This document shows, in pieces, positions 1-12,449 of a stretch of DNA of 64,000 nt; the first letter of the stretch is position 1; each line of letters opens with the position of its first letter. The notes beneath the pieces are model-generated. The model saw nothing but the letters and a program-made list of their open reading frames with translations. It did not search any database and was not told where the DNA came from. The DNA comes from Camelus dromedarius (taxonomy: Eukaryota). Where the stretch lies: positions 80,726,001 to 80,790,000 of the forward strand of contig NC_087436.1 of assembly GCF_036321535.1 (NCBI RefSeq). The letters are read 5' to 3'. The position numbers were made by a program, and so were the translations under genes.

Positions 1-571
1 CTGACCGACTATAAGAATAAGAATATAGTTTAAAAACAAAATATGACTACCTAAACAATTTTCTGAAAGACATCTTTGAATGATATTTTACAAACTTTGT
101 TTACTTTCTGTTGCTACTTGGTGGCCTTTATTTTGATAATATCCACCTTATTTTTGTATTAATTATAATCAAAGGCATGGACAAAGGTTACTATCTTTAG
201 GACGCTAGACAGTGTGTATTGACCTACTATGCTTTCTCCATGGTTTCATTTAAATTAAACCTTGTTTGCATAGAAATTGTTGCGTTAATCTTTTTGTAGA
301 TGAGGTGAGATTTTTCTAACTGTGAAAAGAAAAATGACTTTTCATGAAGCCCTTCCCACTTGGGTGTTTAATGAAAAATTTGTGAAGCTCTTGAAATGTA
401 TTCAATGAAAAGCCTTTATCAATATTATGAAAGAATTATTTAAAAAATAACTGTTTTACTGACTATTTTTGTTACTTTCTTATCGTTACTGTAGTATTTT
501 CTTTCATGTAGTATTGTACTTTCATGGTGGTATTGACACCTGGCATTTTTCTCTTATGACATACTAGTGGT

Positions 572-770
572 TGTGGTAGGCCAAATAATGGCCCCGCCGA
601 AGATATCCATGTCCTAATCCCTGGAACCTGTGACTGTTACCTTATATGGTAAAAAGGATTTTGCAGATGTGGTTAAGTTACGGATCTGGAGATGGGAAGA
701 TCACCTTGGATTATGTGGGTAGGCCCCAAATGTAATCACGGGAGACCTCATAGGAAGAAAGCAGAGAGAG
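572..770 (+). mobile_element. MaLR LTR (MLT1-like, probably MLT1D), 5' portion only
   Basis: Begins TGTGGTAGGCCAAATAATGGCCCC and contains the typical MLT1 motifs GTCCTAATCCCTGGAACCTGTGA and GATTTTGCAGATGTGGTTAAG. Cut off by the L1 at about 771. Confidence 0.8.
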
Positions 771-2790
771 TTTTGTGAAGAAGTAAATGTAGATTTTCTG
801 GTCACCTCTCCTCATGACTACAACAAAACCACAACTGAATGCTAAACAACCATTGAAAAAAAGACTAGAACCTAGCAAAAAGATCTCCTGCAACTGAAAA
901 CATAAAGAGGGAACCATAACAGGACAGTAGGATGGGCGTGCTCGCAATATAATTGGGCCCCTTACACCCCAGGTGGACAACCCACAAGCTGAAAGTTTGT
1001 TAAGTCGCAGAGGCCCTCCCCCAGGAGTGAGAGCTCTAAGCCCCATGTCAGGCTCTCGAGCTTGCGTTCTGGCATTGGGAAGAAAGAAGACCCCAGGACA
1101 TCTGGTTTTGAAGGCTAGGGGGGCTTGGCGTAGGGAGCCCCATGGGACGGGGGAAACAGAGACTTCATTCACTTGGGAAGTGTACACGTAAACTCATGTG
1201 CACCAGGTCCAAGGGCAGAGGCAGTAATTTCATAGGAACCTGGGCCAGGCCTGTCTGATGGATTTGGAGGGTCTGGGACATGGGGGATGGCTGTGGCTCA
1301 CCCAGGGGTCATAAAAGCTGGTGGTAGACATTCTGGGAGTGTTCATCTACATGAGCTTTCCTGGAGGCTGACATCTTGTTTGGATCATCAGCACCAAGAC
1401 CTAGCCCCACCCAACAGCTTGTAGGGAATCCTCAGGCCAAACAACCTACAGGGTGAGAACACAGCCCCACCCATCAGCCGACTTCCTAAGCCACAAAGGC
1501 CTCTAGACATGGCCTTACCGACCAGAGGTCCAGGACAAAGCTTCACCCGGCAGTGGGCAGGCACTGGCTCCTCTTGCCAGGAACCCTGCATAAGCTTGTA
1601 GTCCAGCCTCATCCACCAGGGGCAGATACTAGAAATAAGAAAACAACAATCCCAAAGGCTGTGGAAGGAATCCACAAACACAGGCCAGACTCTACACTGG
1701 GACTGGCTGGACCCTGACCCTTGGGTGACAAGAGAAGAGTGTACTGCTGGGACGCATAGGACGTCTCCCACAGAGGGTCACCTCGCCAAGGTTGAGAAAT
1801 GTAACTAACTTACTTAAAAATAAAAATAGAAAGAGACAATATGCGGTGGCAAAGAAATATCTTCCAGGCCAAGGCACAAGATAAAATCCCAGAAGAAGAA
1901 ATAAGTGATGAGGAGATAGGCAATTTATCTGAGAAAGAGTTTAAAGTGATGATAGCCGAGATGTTCAGAGAACTCAAGCGGAGTATAGATGCACAGAGTG
2001 AAGATTTTAGCAAAGAGTAGGAAAATATAAAGACTACCCAAACAGAGTTGAAGAATAAAATCACTGAAATGAATAACACACTAGAAGGAACCAAGAATAG
2101 ACTAAATGAGGCAGAAGAACGGATCAGTGAGCTAGAAGACAGGTTAGGGAAATCACTACTTCAGAACAGAAAAAAGAAAAAAGACTGAAAAGAAATGAGG
2201 ATAATTTAAGAGAATTCTGGGACAATGTGAAGCTCACTAACATTCGCATTAGAGGGGTCCCAGAAAGAGAAGAGAGAGAGAAAAGACCTGAGAAAATTTT
2301 TGGAGAAATAATCACCACAAAATTCCCCAACTTGGGGAAGGAAACAGTCACCCAAGTCCAGGAAGCACTGAGTACCAAACAGAAATCAGCCCAAAGAGAA
2401 ACACACCAAGGCACAGTCATCAAATTGACAGCAGTTAAGGATAAGGAGAAAATATTAAAATTAGCAAGAGAAAAGCAACAAATAACATACAAGGGAACTC
2501 CCATAAGGTTATCAGCTAATTTTTCAGCAGACCAGAAGGGAGTGGCACAACATACTTAAAGTGATGTAAGGGGAAATTTTACAACCAAGAATACTCTATC
2601 CAGCAAGCTTTAGTTCAGACTTGATGGAGAAATCAAAAGCTTCACAGATAAACAAAAGCTAAAAGATTCCAGCACCACCAAACCAGCCTTACAACAAATG
2701 TTAAAGGAATTTCTCTAGTCATCAAACCATAAGAAAAGAGAACAAAAAGAAGAAAGAGAGAGGGGAAAAAAAAAAAAAAAAGACCTGCAG
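771..2790 (+). mobile_element. LINE-1 5' portion: 5'UTR, ORF1 and start of the inter-ORF spacer
   Basis: GC-richer 5'UTR-like segment (about 771-1840), followed by a recognisable ORF1p and an A-rich spacer ending AAAAGACCTGCAG. Confidence 0.9.
1841..2718 (+). pseudogene. Disrupted L1 ORF1p (coiled coil, RRM, CTD)
   Basis: ATG at 1841 gives MRWQRNIFQAKAQDKIPEEEISDEEIGNLSEKEFKVMI. Premature TAG at 2018-2020 and a frameshift near 2147. Motifs RISELED, TNIRIRGVPE and ITYKGTPIRLSANFS are present. Ends ...AAGGAATTTCTCTAG at 2718. Confidence 0.9.
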
Positions 2791-3070
2791 AAGATTGCTT
2801 TGGCTGTTCGGGGTCTTTTGTGGCTCCTTATAAATTTTAGAATTGTTTGTTCTAGTTCTGTGAGGAATGTCATGAGTATATTGATGGGGGTTGCACTGGA
2901 TCTGTGGATTGCTTTGGGTAGTGTGGCCATTTTGATAGTGTTGATTCTTCCAATCCAAGAGCACAAGAAATCTTTCCATTTCTTTGTGTCATTTTGATTT
3001 TCAGAGTATAGGTAACCTCTTTGGTTAAGTTTATTTCTAAGTATTTTGTTGTTTTTGATGTAATGGAAAT
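2791..3070 (-). mobile_element. L1 ORF2 internal fragment, antisense to the adjacent ORF1
   Basis: Minus-strand translation [19 protein letters not shown]...[25 protein letters not shown] matches the conserved region just after the ORF2p RT core. Confidence 0.9.
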
Positions 3071-4461
3071 GTGTCTGCCAGTTATAAAATTCTAGCTTTT
3101 GAAGTGAAAAAAAAAAGTGAATGAAGGGTCACAAATGACAAAATGTCCTTCTTTTTTAATGGGTGAGTTGTTTAGAACACATCGAAGCCAGAAATTCCTG
3201 AAATTTAGCTTAAGGTGGTTGGTTGATTGCACTATTATTTCCCTTTTGATACAGATGTCTTTAAAAAGTGGTCTGCTCCACCTTTGAGGCCAGGAAAACC
3301 AGTGAGAGGAGAGCCTGTGGAATGATATCCAAGGGAAGCATTGGCATGGCAGGGATCAGGACAAGACAGGAAGGAAATTTCAAGATGCAGTTCAAGGAAG
3401 AGTTCTTATTTGACAAGACAAAGTCTTAAGGAGGAAGAAAGCTAACGGGCAAGGTGAAGATGGAAGAGAAAAACAAACGAATAAACGAGTAGCGAAGGGT
3501 CAGTAAAGAGAGAAATTGAGCTAGGCAAGGGTATGAAAGTTGGTATTAGATCAGGACTCAGAAGAGCAATGATAGAAATGGCTCATGGTTACTTTCACTT
3601 TGATTGCCTAGCAAACCACTGTGTAAATTTTGTCCATTAGAAAAGTACACAAATGCATGCCTGATGCCTCCCTTGTTCTTTAAGGTGCTGCTACCGGTGA
3701 TCAATGCTATCTATAGGGAATTTAAAAATTCAGTTCAGAGGAGATGAGAAACCGCAGGCCTTTCTCTACCTTTTAAACCATTAGTGGTGGGGATACGACA
3801 CATCAGTGGTCCTCTTACTGCTAGTAAGGATGTTCCTGACTTCACGCTTGCCAAACCTAAAGAACTATGTTCTTTCTATAGTTCTTTTCTGTATGATTTC
3901 TTTACTGGTCCCAGACTATCTGTCCTCAGATTCCTTCTCCTTCATACCCTGCTCTGTGTTGTATGCTGGGGTCTGAGCCCTGTAGGCTGTGTTTCCTGGT
4001 CTCCCATATGACTCATTTGTGGTTGGGTTGAGACAGGAATGGTGATGCCTGAAGACTATAAGGGAACCTTTCTGCTAATTCCAATATTGGAATCATCCCA
4101 GGGTCTGCTTTAATTTTTTTTTTATTCTTTTGATTTTCAGACATATTTTATTGTTTTTTCAAAGGTGTATAAATTTTGATTGTTGTATTATGTTACAATG
4201 GACTATTCACTGTCTTTCCTTTTCCCAACCTAAAACATACGTAAGTTTCTTAATGATTGTACAGCACTTCACTTACAGAGAGCAGACTTTACATGCAGAT
4301 CAGAATTAACTTTCTGCCAATATTCTGATACTCTGCTGAGAATCAATCTCTGTATTACTCATTGAAGGGTGTCTTATCCTCAGCTTCATGCAGAAAAAAG
4401 ACAAGAAGCATTGCTCTATGGAAAAGAGAGCTTTCTACACAGATCTCCTTCTCTCTCTCTC

Positions 4462-4645
4462 TTTTTTTGATGTTAGTTAATTTACTTATGTAATAGCAAT
4501 ATAGTCGGTTTACAATGTTGAATTAATTTCTGGTATACAGTATAGTGATTCAGTTATATGTATAGAAATCTTTTCTTTTCATATTCTTTTTCATTATAGA
4601 CTATTACAAGGTATTGAATATTGCTCCCTGTGCCACATAGTCGTT
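4462..4645 (-). mobile_element. L1 3'-UTR stub
   Basis: Poly-T followed by TTTACAATGTTG...GGTATACAGTATAGTGATTCAG...ATTACAAGGTATTGAATA, homologous to the other L1 3' ends in the window. Confidence 0.8.
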
Positions 4646-5979
4646 ACCTATATATAAGATAAGTAAGTAACAACATCTGCTTCTTGACTCACTGGAAAGT
4701 AATGAGTGGACTGAAAATTAAATTGATCCAAACAGTACAATTATGAAGACAGTGCTTCTCAAACTTTTCCACCTAAGTATCATCAGAGTAGAGTAAGGTA
4801 AATACATACATCCAGACCTGAGTTGGAGGTAACAGTGATTTGGATCCAGAAGCCAATCTGCCCTAATCTGAGAATATATGTTTAGAATTAATTTAAAAGT
4901 AGATTCTACTCTGTTTGTGTGTTTGTTTCAGTATGAAAGTCTTCTACTCTGAATCAAGCGTACTTTCTCGGTGCGTGGCCTGAGTTTTACTCTGAGACAC
5001 TATCTGTAGCCACATTGTTCCCAGCAGCTGCTCTACATTCTTCCTTCTTCCTCCTTGAAAAGTACATCACTCGGATACAGATAGTGGCAGACCTCTTTCT
5101 AAGGGAGCATTTTGATAGAGGAAGGGAACTGGAGACGATCAGGTGCTTGTAATGGGGAGCAGGAGAAAAGAGTTCTCATGGTCTGGGAGAGGTCAGTGAA
5201 AGGTTAGGGTGGATTTCCTTTGGGTTTTTTTCTTAGGCTAGTCCCTCTGTCTTAGAATTTGGAGTGATATTGATTTTGATGAACATGAGCCACAACTTTT
5301 CCCTTCAGTAGTTCTAAATGGATCCATCATCCTGTTATGAAACTGCCAGTAAGAGAAAATCTGATCTTGCTAGATAACCTAGGTGTCCTGCCCCAAATAG
5401 CAACTGCAACTTGCAGTGTCTCCATCTGCTTGAACATTGTTACCGTGGTCCCAGAGGACAAGAAGAAGTCACATATATGTTCCTTTTATTAAGGCTGACA
5501 TTCCTTGCTGTGCACTTCACCTTTGCTCTTATCAGATATACACAATCTCATTTAGGAGAGAAATGCTGAGATGGGGGAAATAGAAGCTTTGAATACACTG
5601 TAGATCTGGTATGCAAATTTTATCACAGCTGCATTATTTGCTAAAGTTCATTTTGAGATACTATAGGATGTGATTAATTTTAAGGGCAATACAGGATGTT
5701 GTCTACTGAATTTAGAGGCCCTAAGGGATAAATGAACCTGCCTGTTTTCTTATTACCAAGGGCATTTTAAACATAAACTGGAAGAATAACAGTTAGAGTA
5801 GGACATTATAGTATCTTATTTTTACTGGAGCATAAACTATACTAGGAGATGAGCCACAGGATAAATGGGCCTATGGCAGCATAGGTCAAGCTAATAAAAT
5901 AAAAATATGTTAATTTCTGTCTGTAGTCTTCTGTGCATTGCAAGAGTGCCTTGTAGTTCTTGGAGAAAAGGTTCTTTTA

Positions 5980-6030
5980 TATCTATCCATCTACCTATCT
6001 ATCTGTCTGTCTGTCTATCTATCTATCTAT
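5980..6030. repeat. (TCTA)n/(TCTG)n compound microsatellite
   Basis: Read directly from the sequence. Confidence 0.9.
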
Positions 6031-6164
6031 GTAACTTTTTAAACTCTTCCAAATTTCCCTAGCCATAATTTACCATTTCCTTATCAAACTTACATTCCAT
6101 AAATCTGCAACAATCATTTGGCAATCGGTCTTATGTTATTTTAAAATTGATATTTAGATTATAA

Positions 6165-6290
6165 ATCGTTGCACAGCTAGTGCCTTTTCTTCCTAACTGG
6201 AGTATAAGCCTTCGGAGAACAGGGATTATGATTTCCTTTTCGTATTACCCAAAGGCCCTAATGTAGTCCTCGATGAATATTTGATTGAGT
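6165..6290 (+). mobile_element. L2 3' end fragment
   Basis: CTGGAGTATAAGCCTTCGGAGAACAGGGA...GAATATTTGATTGA resembles the L2 terminus. Confidence 0.55.
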
Positions 6291-6298
6291 TTCAATGA

Positions 6299-6745
6299 TA
6301 GGCATACCTCATTTTATTGTGCTTTGCTTTATTGCACTTCACAGATACTGCATTTTTTTTAATTTTACAAATTGAAGGTTTGTGCCAATCTTGCATCAAG
6401 CAAGTCTATCAGTGCCATTTTTTCAACAGTATTTGCTCATTTCATGTCTCTGTGTCACATTTTAGTAATTCTTGCAGTATTTCAAACCCTCTACCAGCAA
6501 AAAGATTATGACTTGCTGAAGTCGCAGATGATGACTAACATTTCTTGGTAATAAAGTATTTTTAATTAAGGTATTTGCTTTGTTTTTTTTAGACATGATG
6601 CTATTGTACACTTAATAGACTACAGTATAGTGTAACATACTTTATATGCACTGGAAAACCAAAACACTCATGTGACTCATTTTATTGTGATATTTGCTTT
6701 ATTGCAGTTCTGGAACTGAACTTGAAATATTTAAGAGGTATATAG
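6299..6745. mobile_element. Tigger1-derived non-autonomous DNA transposon (internal deletion derivative)
   Basis: Left TIR (T)AGGCATACCTC and degenerate right TIR GAGGTATA. Both arms align with the copy at 35892-36648. Confidence 0.85.
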
Positions 6746-6964
6746 GCAAATTTTTTTAACCAATAAAACAAAATGGAGTTTCAAAATATTTTGCAGCTAC
6801 TCAGGAGCCAGGTGTATGAAGTCAAATTATTTTCCTTTTCATGGATAACTACCTATAACAATTCATTTCATGAATTTTACCAAGAATTTAGCTTTTAAGC
6901 ACTTATGCATGGTGGCAGGGAACATGAGTAATTTTTTTTATTTTAGTTCATGAAATTATTTTAC

Positions 6965-7310
6965 TTTTACCCCGGGCACACAAGAAAACATATTTCCCAT
7001 TATCCCCTTGAGTTTAGGGGTCTTCCGATGGAATGTGAGTGGAAGTGATATATGCCACTTCCAGTCCTGGCCATAAAAGTCCCTATGCAATCTTCCTCAA
7101 TTTTCCCCCTAACCACATAGCAGGAAAGGAAGGCTTTTGAGACGGTGGAACACACAATGGAAATATCCTGATCTTGAGTCGACTGCTGCTTAGAGGAGCT
7201 GCCCAGGAGATCTCCTGGCTGGGAACTTTAGCTCTGAATTTAATAAGAGCAAGAATATTGTATTATTGTATAAAACTGCTGAGATATTGGGACTGTCTGT
7301 CACAAGTTAA
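6965..7310 (+). mobile_element. Old MaLR LTR (MLT1J-like)
   Basis: GATGGAATGTGAGTGGAAGTGATATATGCCACTTCCAG and terminal CTGCTGAGATATTGGGACTGTCTGT. Confidence 0.7.
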
Positions 7311-7759
7311 TGTTATGTAGAAAAAATCAGTAATAGGGATTGAAAGGTTAAGAGCTTTAATTAAAGGAAAGCAAATGAGAGGAGAGAGGGAGGGAGATTG
7401 GAATCTGATAATGTGATCTTCAGTGGGACTCTGTGGAAGGGATGATCAGAAATAAGACATTTCTGTAGGCATTTTAACAATGGCAGTACCAACTGTTTAG
7501 TTAAAATGTTTTTTAGAAAGTAATTCTTGGTACATATAAAAGAACATATAGTGATGTTTAATTTTTGAACTATAATAATAAAATGAACACTTGTGGACTT
7601 ATCAGACAGCCTAAGAATCAGAACGTTATCTTTATTGTTGAGTTGCGACTGTATGGACATTTTACAAACATGAAGGAAAAAAGCAAGTCTCAGAAGATTA
7701 TATACTAGATGATAACATTTTTATAAAGCTCAAAAAAGCATATCAAAATAATAATGTGC

Positions 7760-7837
7760 GTATATGCATGACTGGGACATTGTACTGTACACTAGAGATT
7801 GACACATTGTAATTGACTGTACTTCAATTAAAAAAAC
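7760..7837 (+). mobile_element. Very short L1 3' terminal stub with A-tail
   Basis: ATGCATGACTGGGACATT...CTGTACTTCAATTAAAAAAA is the reverse complement of the L1 end at about 61080-61150. Confidence 0.8.
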
Positions 7838-7997
7838 TAAGATATTTAGGGATACATACACGTTTAGTTTTTGAGATGCTATGCTGTGGTATTTTGCCCT
7901 AAACTTTCAGCAAAACCTTTTTTGAATTTTGTTGGTACACTGGGAGGATAAGTTCTGAAATTTATTGAGGGAAAAGAGATGTGTAAACAACTGGCTA

Positions 7998-8163
7998 TGG
8001 TCTTACTTATCAAAGTGTGTTCTGTGGACCTGCAGCCCTTGCATAACTTTCGATCTTGTTAGAAGTGGAGAATCTCAGCACCAATGAGATCCACTGAATC
8101 AGAATCTGCATTTTGATCAAGTCCTAGGTGATTTGTATGCACAGTGTATTTGAGAAGCTCTGG
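7998..8163. mobile_element. hAT-Charlie MITE (MER5B-like)
   Basis: TCAAAGTGTG...CTTGTTAGAA...ACTGAATCAGAATCTGCATTTT...TTTGAGAAGCTCTG. Confidence 0.75.
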
Positions 8164-9114
8164 ACTACAGCACACTCTCCAGAATCATTGTTTTTTCCCT
8201 TTTCTTGAATTGGCTCCATTTATGGGGTTCATCAGATAGCTCCAAGCCGGGGACAAAAGAATAGGGCAGGGAACTGATGTCTATTGAGCACCCACCTAGA
8301 AATACAGACAAATCTAGGGTTATCCTTCCTTCCTCTTCCCTGACTCCCTGATTCTCTGTTACAATCAGGCTTATGGTAGCAGGAGTCACTGACTCGTATA
8401 AATCCCTAAATCACTGTAATTGCTGTTTAGCCATATGTCAGTGGCATGCCTACTTCCAGGGAAATAGCAGTCAGAGCATCTGTTATTGGTTATACTCCCA
8501 CCTAATGTCCTGCTCCTAAAGAGGATCACGTGTTACAATTTGGGTTGGGGTGCAGGAGTGATTGGGATCCCAATCACTGGTGTGTTTCCTTCTCAAGTGG
8601 CATCTCTGTCTATTTGAAATGCTGGGTGTATTTCACACACGAATGCATGAGCTTGCTGGCTGCCAGTGCATGCCAGAAAGCATGCGTTTGATCCAATTTT
8701 TACCATGTGCTGATGGATCCTGTCAGGAATAGGGCTAAAAGATGAGATTAGACATTTCTATAACTAGATTTTCAAAAAGGACAGTCTCTTTAGTTCTGTA
8801 AAATGAATTGACATGTGGCATTAAATTCATTGCTGTTATCTGTCATAGGCTTTTTAGGGAAAAATAATGAATGCTAAACTTTATTAGAAATATAGCTCAA
8901 TCTTAGTATTGCAGATGTGTTGGTAGACCAGAAGGAATGTAATTGTTTTATCAGAGAGAATTTTGTTTGTGGAAGTATAATTAATGGAAGGGATAGCTTA
9001 TGTCGTCAGAATTTCCCTTCAGATTTAAAAAAATCTAACAAAAACCTGACGATGAAATATATCAAAAATAAGTCAGACTTTAGAATATAAAAGAGATGAA
9101 AGAATAAATGAGGC

Positions 9115-11110
9115 AACTTCCCTGTAAGCATGGTAGATAGTATATATGCATTCACTGTTACCTCCACTGAAAACTCTGTTGAAATTATAAACAAAAGTCA
9201 TAAGCCCCCAGGACAAGAAGACCAGGAGAAGGGAAAACTACAAGATAGTTTGGAAGGGGAAAGCAGATTGTTCTGGTTATCTATAGCTGCAGAGCTATTA
9301 ACTATCTCAGAAGTTAATGGATTAAAACAACAACTGTTTTATCACACTTCACAATTTTTTATGCTCAAAAATTTGGGCAGGGTTCAGTTGGGTGATTTTT
9401 CCATTTCATGTAGCATGACTGTGATCTCTCAAGGGTATTTATCTGGCAGCAGGGCTGATCTGGACTAGCCAAGGTACTTTACTCATGCACCTTAGCAGCG
9501 GCAGCTAAGGCTCAGCTGGGTCTCTTTCCTTTGCCATGTGGTCTCAGTTGGGCCTTCCATGTTGCCTCTCCTGCAGGGCGGTTGGATTGTTTACCTCAGA
9601 GCACCTACCATGAATGTCCAAGAGACCAGATATGGAGACGTCACTCTGTAAGGCCTGGGTCCGACAACTGGCACTGTTCCATTTCTGCTGTATTTTATTT
9701 GTCAAAGTAATAGTCTCTATAGAACAAATGAGGCAAAAAAATTTATGACCATCTTTATATTACCTATATATATGAATAATAACAGATGAAGAAGACAAGA
9801 GGAATCTGCCATCCAAGCTAGCAGTGAAGGAAACACAGAGGTCAGCTTAGTCTGCCACAAGCCCTAGAAAGGCTTAGGAATTTCAGGTACTTGTGTTGAA
9901 AAGAGAGTGGGTACAAGCAGGGGTGAAAATATGAGGATTGGTTGAAAGTCTGTATAAAAACAGTTAGGTCTCTTGGTCCCCTCCAGCAGTTTGCTGAGCC
10001 CCTTCTCCATGCTCATAGCAAATGAGAGGTTTAATTTCCACAGACTTTGAATCAAACAGACTCTGGACTTAGGCTCAACTGAAAGCAGGGGAAACATACA
10101 GAAAACAAATATATTAAATTAAAATCTACATACTGTACAATGGCATTCCCTTCCCCTCATTTCCTAAATCAGCTCTGATAATACTGCCGGACTCGTAGGT
10201 GAATTGGAGGGATTCCCTCTGGTGAAATTTAGCAGTCCAAGGGAAGATGTCTACAGATGTTGCCTGTTGGAGGCCCCGTGAAACGGCACCACTGACCCAC
10301 ATCAGTGAAGCAGTCAGCAAGTCCCACCTACACAAAGAACATCCTCTCAGCCTTTTAGTGTCTCATGCTTAAAAAGAACAGGCAAGCAAGGATCGATAGA
10401 CATTTGAGGCAGCTTCTTAACGTGCAGAGGCCAACACGAATAAGTATAAGTAAAGAACACGGGAAAAAAAATGTAAAGAGCAAAGAAAAATAAGAAAGCT
10501 GTAATTAATATCCCTAAATAGAGGGGAAAATATATTCCTTACATGAAACAAAAAAAGGGCATTGAGTAGACAAACTAGAATTCTTAGAAATAAAAACTAT
10601 GGAATCAGAAATTAAAAATTCAATAAAATGAAAGGTATATTTGAGGAAATTTTATGAATAAAACAAAGAGGTTGAGATACACATTTTCTTATACTTTCTC
10701 AACTATTTTAAAGTAAGTTCAAGAGATCATCTGTCCAGATAATAGAATAAACAGAAAAGAGAAGATGGGGGGAATAAACAATTGGGGTTATATATCAGGA
10801 AAATATATTTTATTTGAAAGATACAAATTGCCAGATTGATAGGGACCACTGAGAACAAAGGATGAGGAAAGGATTCATGTTATGATACATCATTATGAAA
10901 CTTCAAAACACTGGGAACAAAGAGAAACTCCCAGAAGTTTCTGTTGAGGAAAAAAAATTGACCAGAATTTAAAATTGCAGATGTCTTCTCATGAGCAACA
11001 CTGGATGCTAGGAGATAATGGAGTGACATGTTCAAAATTCTAATTGAAATGTTTTCCAATCTGGAATTCTATGCTTAGCTATGTTATCAATCAAGTGGGG
11101 AGAAAAAAGG
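9115..11110 (+). mobile_element. Ancient L1/HAL1-type 5'UTR and decayed ORF1, interrupted by an LTR
   Basis: Degenerate ORF1-like text at 10550-11100 (ACATCATTATGAAACTTCAAAACACTGGGAACAAAGAGAAACTCC, GCAACACTGGATGCTAGGAGATAATGGAG). No ORF2 follows. Confidence 0.65.
9269..9768 (-). mobile_element. MaLR LTR (MLT1G/H-like) inserted in the ancient L1/HAL1
   Basis: TGTTCTGGTTATCTATAGCTGC, TTAATGGATTAAAACAACAAC and AATTTGGGCAGGGTTCAGTTGGG motifs. Confidence 0.7.
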
Positions 11111-11199
11111 CATAATGCTTTTAGCTGGTTAAAATGTTATAGAATGTGTTCAGGGTCCCTAAAAGTTGAGAGTGATTATTTCTCCTTAATATGCATTTC

Positions 11200-11307
11200 C
11201 TTCTCCATTAGACTCTAAAGTTCCGAAGGGATAGGATTTTAAACTTTAATTTGTTCTTGCATAGCATCTGTGTAAGGTAGGCATTTATAAATGGTGTTTA
11301 TGAATAA
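11200..11307 (+). mobile_element. L2 3' end fragment
   Basis: CCATTAGACTCTAAAGTTCCGAAGGGATAGGA...GTAGGCATTTATAAATG...TGAAT. Confidence 0.55.
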
Positions 11308-12449
11308 GTGGACTTTGCTCTCCTTTAAATCATGATTATTTGAACTGCTGAATAAATAGCATTGCTTTGAAATGTATGAAAGTAACTATTTCCTTAGTTG
11401 CCATTTCTTGATATCATATCTATTATTTATTCTCACATATTTTTTATGACCTATGTCTATTTAGAAAAAAAAAGATCTTTTGTCTTTTTATTCTTTCATT
11501 TGGTCCAATAGTTTAAAGGGTCTTGTTGCTTGAATGTTCAGGAAGAAGAGTAGAATGTGATGCTCACGTTTGTTGTAACAAAATACTTTCAGAGCCAACA
11601 CTGAGTATCAATAAATTAAGGACAAAATATGAATTTTCTCTATTGAAATTACTATCCAGACCAGTAAAATCAGGTGCTTAATTACCTACAGGGTTCTTGT
11701 TGGTGTATATTGGTAATATATACCAATAGAAATAGGAGCTGATAGTGAACAGGGGAATTATGATTAGTTTATATAGTAAAGAGATGGCTCTGGACCCCAG
11801 AAATAATGGCTCAAGGAGAACTTGGGGATCTGTGTGAGGATCTGGAAATCAGAAAAGACACTAGCTGGAATTGTCAAACACAGCAGAGATCAAGAGGGAC
11901 AGGAAAAGGAAAGTCAACTTGGATCAGATGTAGAAATATTTTGGGTTTTGAGAGAATGCAGACTTCAGAATGATAGGAAGAAACACTGACCTCAAGTGGC
12001 TGAGCAGAAATACTCACAAAGAGCATAGGAAGCCACTCACTAATCCATGCAAACCCATCTGTTTTTATTCTGTATATGGGTAACTGTGTGTGATTTCTTC
12101 TTCTTGTAGTAAAGTTACTTATTTTTTCTTTTTTGCTTTAAGAAGCCTGACTTATGAATGTGGGTTATTTGACTTCCCATTGGGATAATTATAGGGAATG
12201 TGGCAAGAATTTTATACTACTACCAAGAGTCCTCAAGAGAACCTTCTGTGACCTCACACATGCTAATTAACACACAGTCGTATGATGGAGGTGTTTTATT
12301 ACTTACACTCTCAAGGCAATGCCAAGGCTGGCTGATACCACAGTGTGTCCACCCCTGAGATAATTGTTGGCATATGCTGTGGTGTGTTGGGAGCTGTCCA
12401 AGTGCAAAGGCTGGGACATGTGGGACCATGAATAACGAATGCCTTTGTG

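Noticed and set aside
1613..1625. CCACCAGGGGCAG, CTCF-like motif in the L1 5'UTR
   Set aside because: One G short of the core spacing and inside a repeat; no support for binding.
711..1877. ORFs of 61-158 aa over the L1 5'UTR, including antisense ones reminiscent of ORF0
   Set aside because: No recognisable protein similarity, several start at non-ATG codons, and open frames are expected in GC-richer sequence. ORF0 is described for primate L1.
11701..11728. Overlapping short hairpins (TATTGGTA-n5-TACCAATA)
   Set aside because: Short AT-rich stems are expected by chance and are too small for a pre-miRNA.
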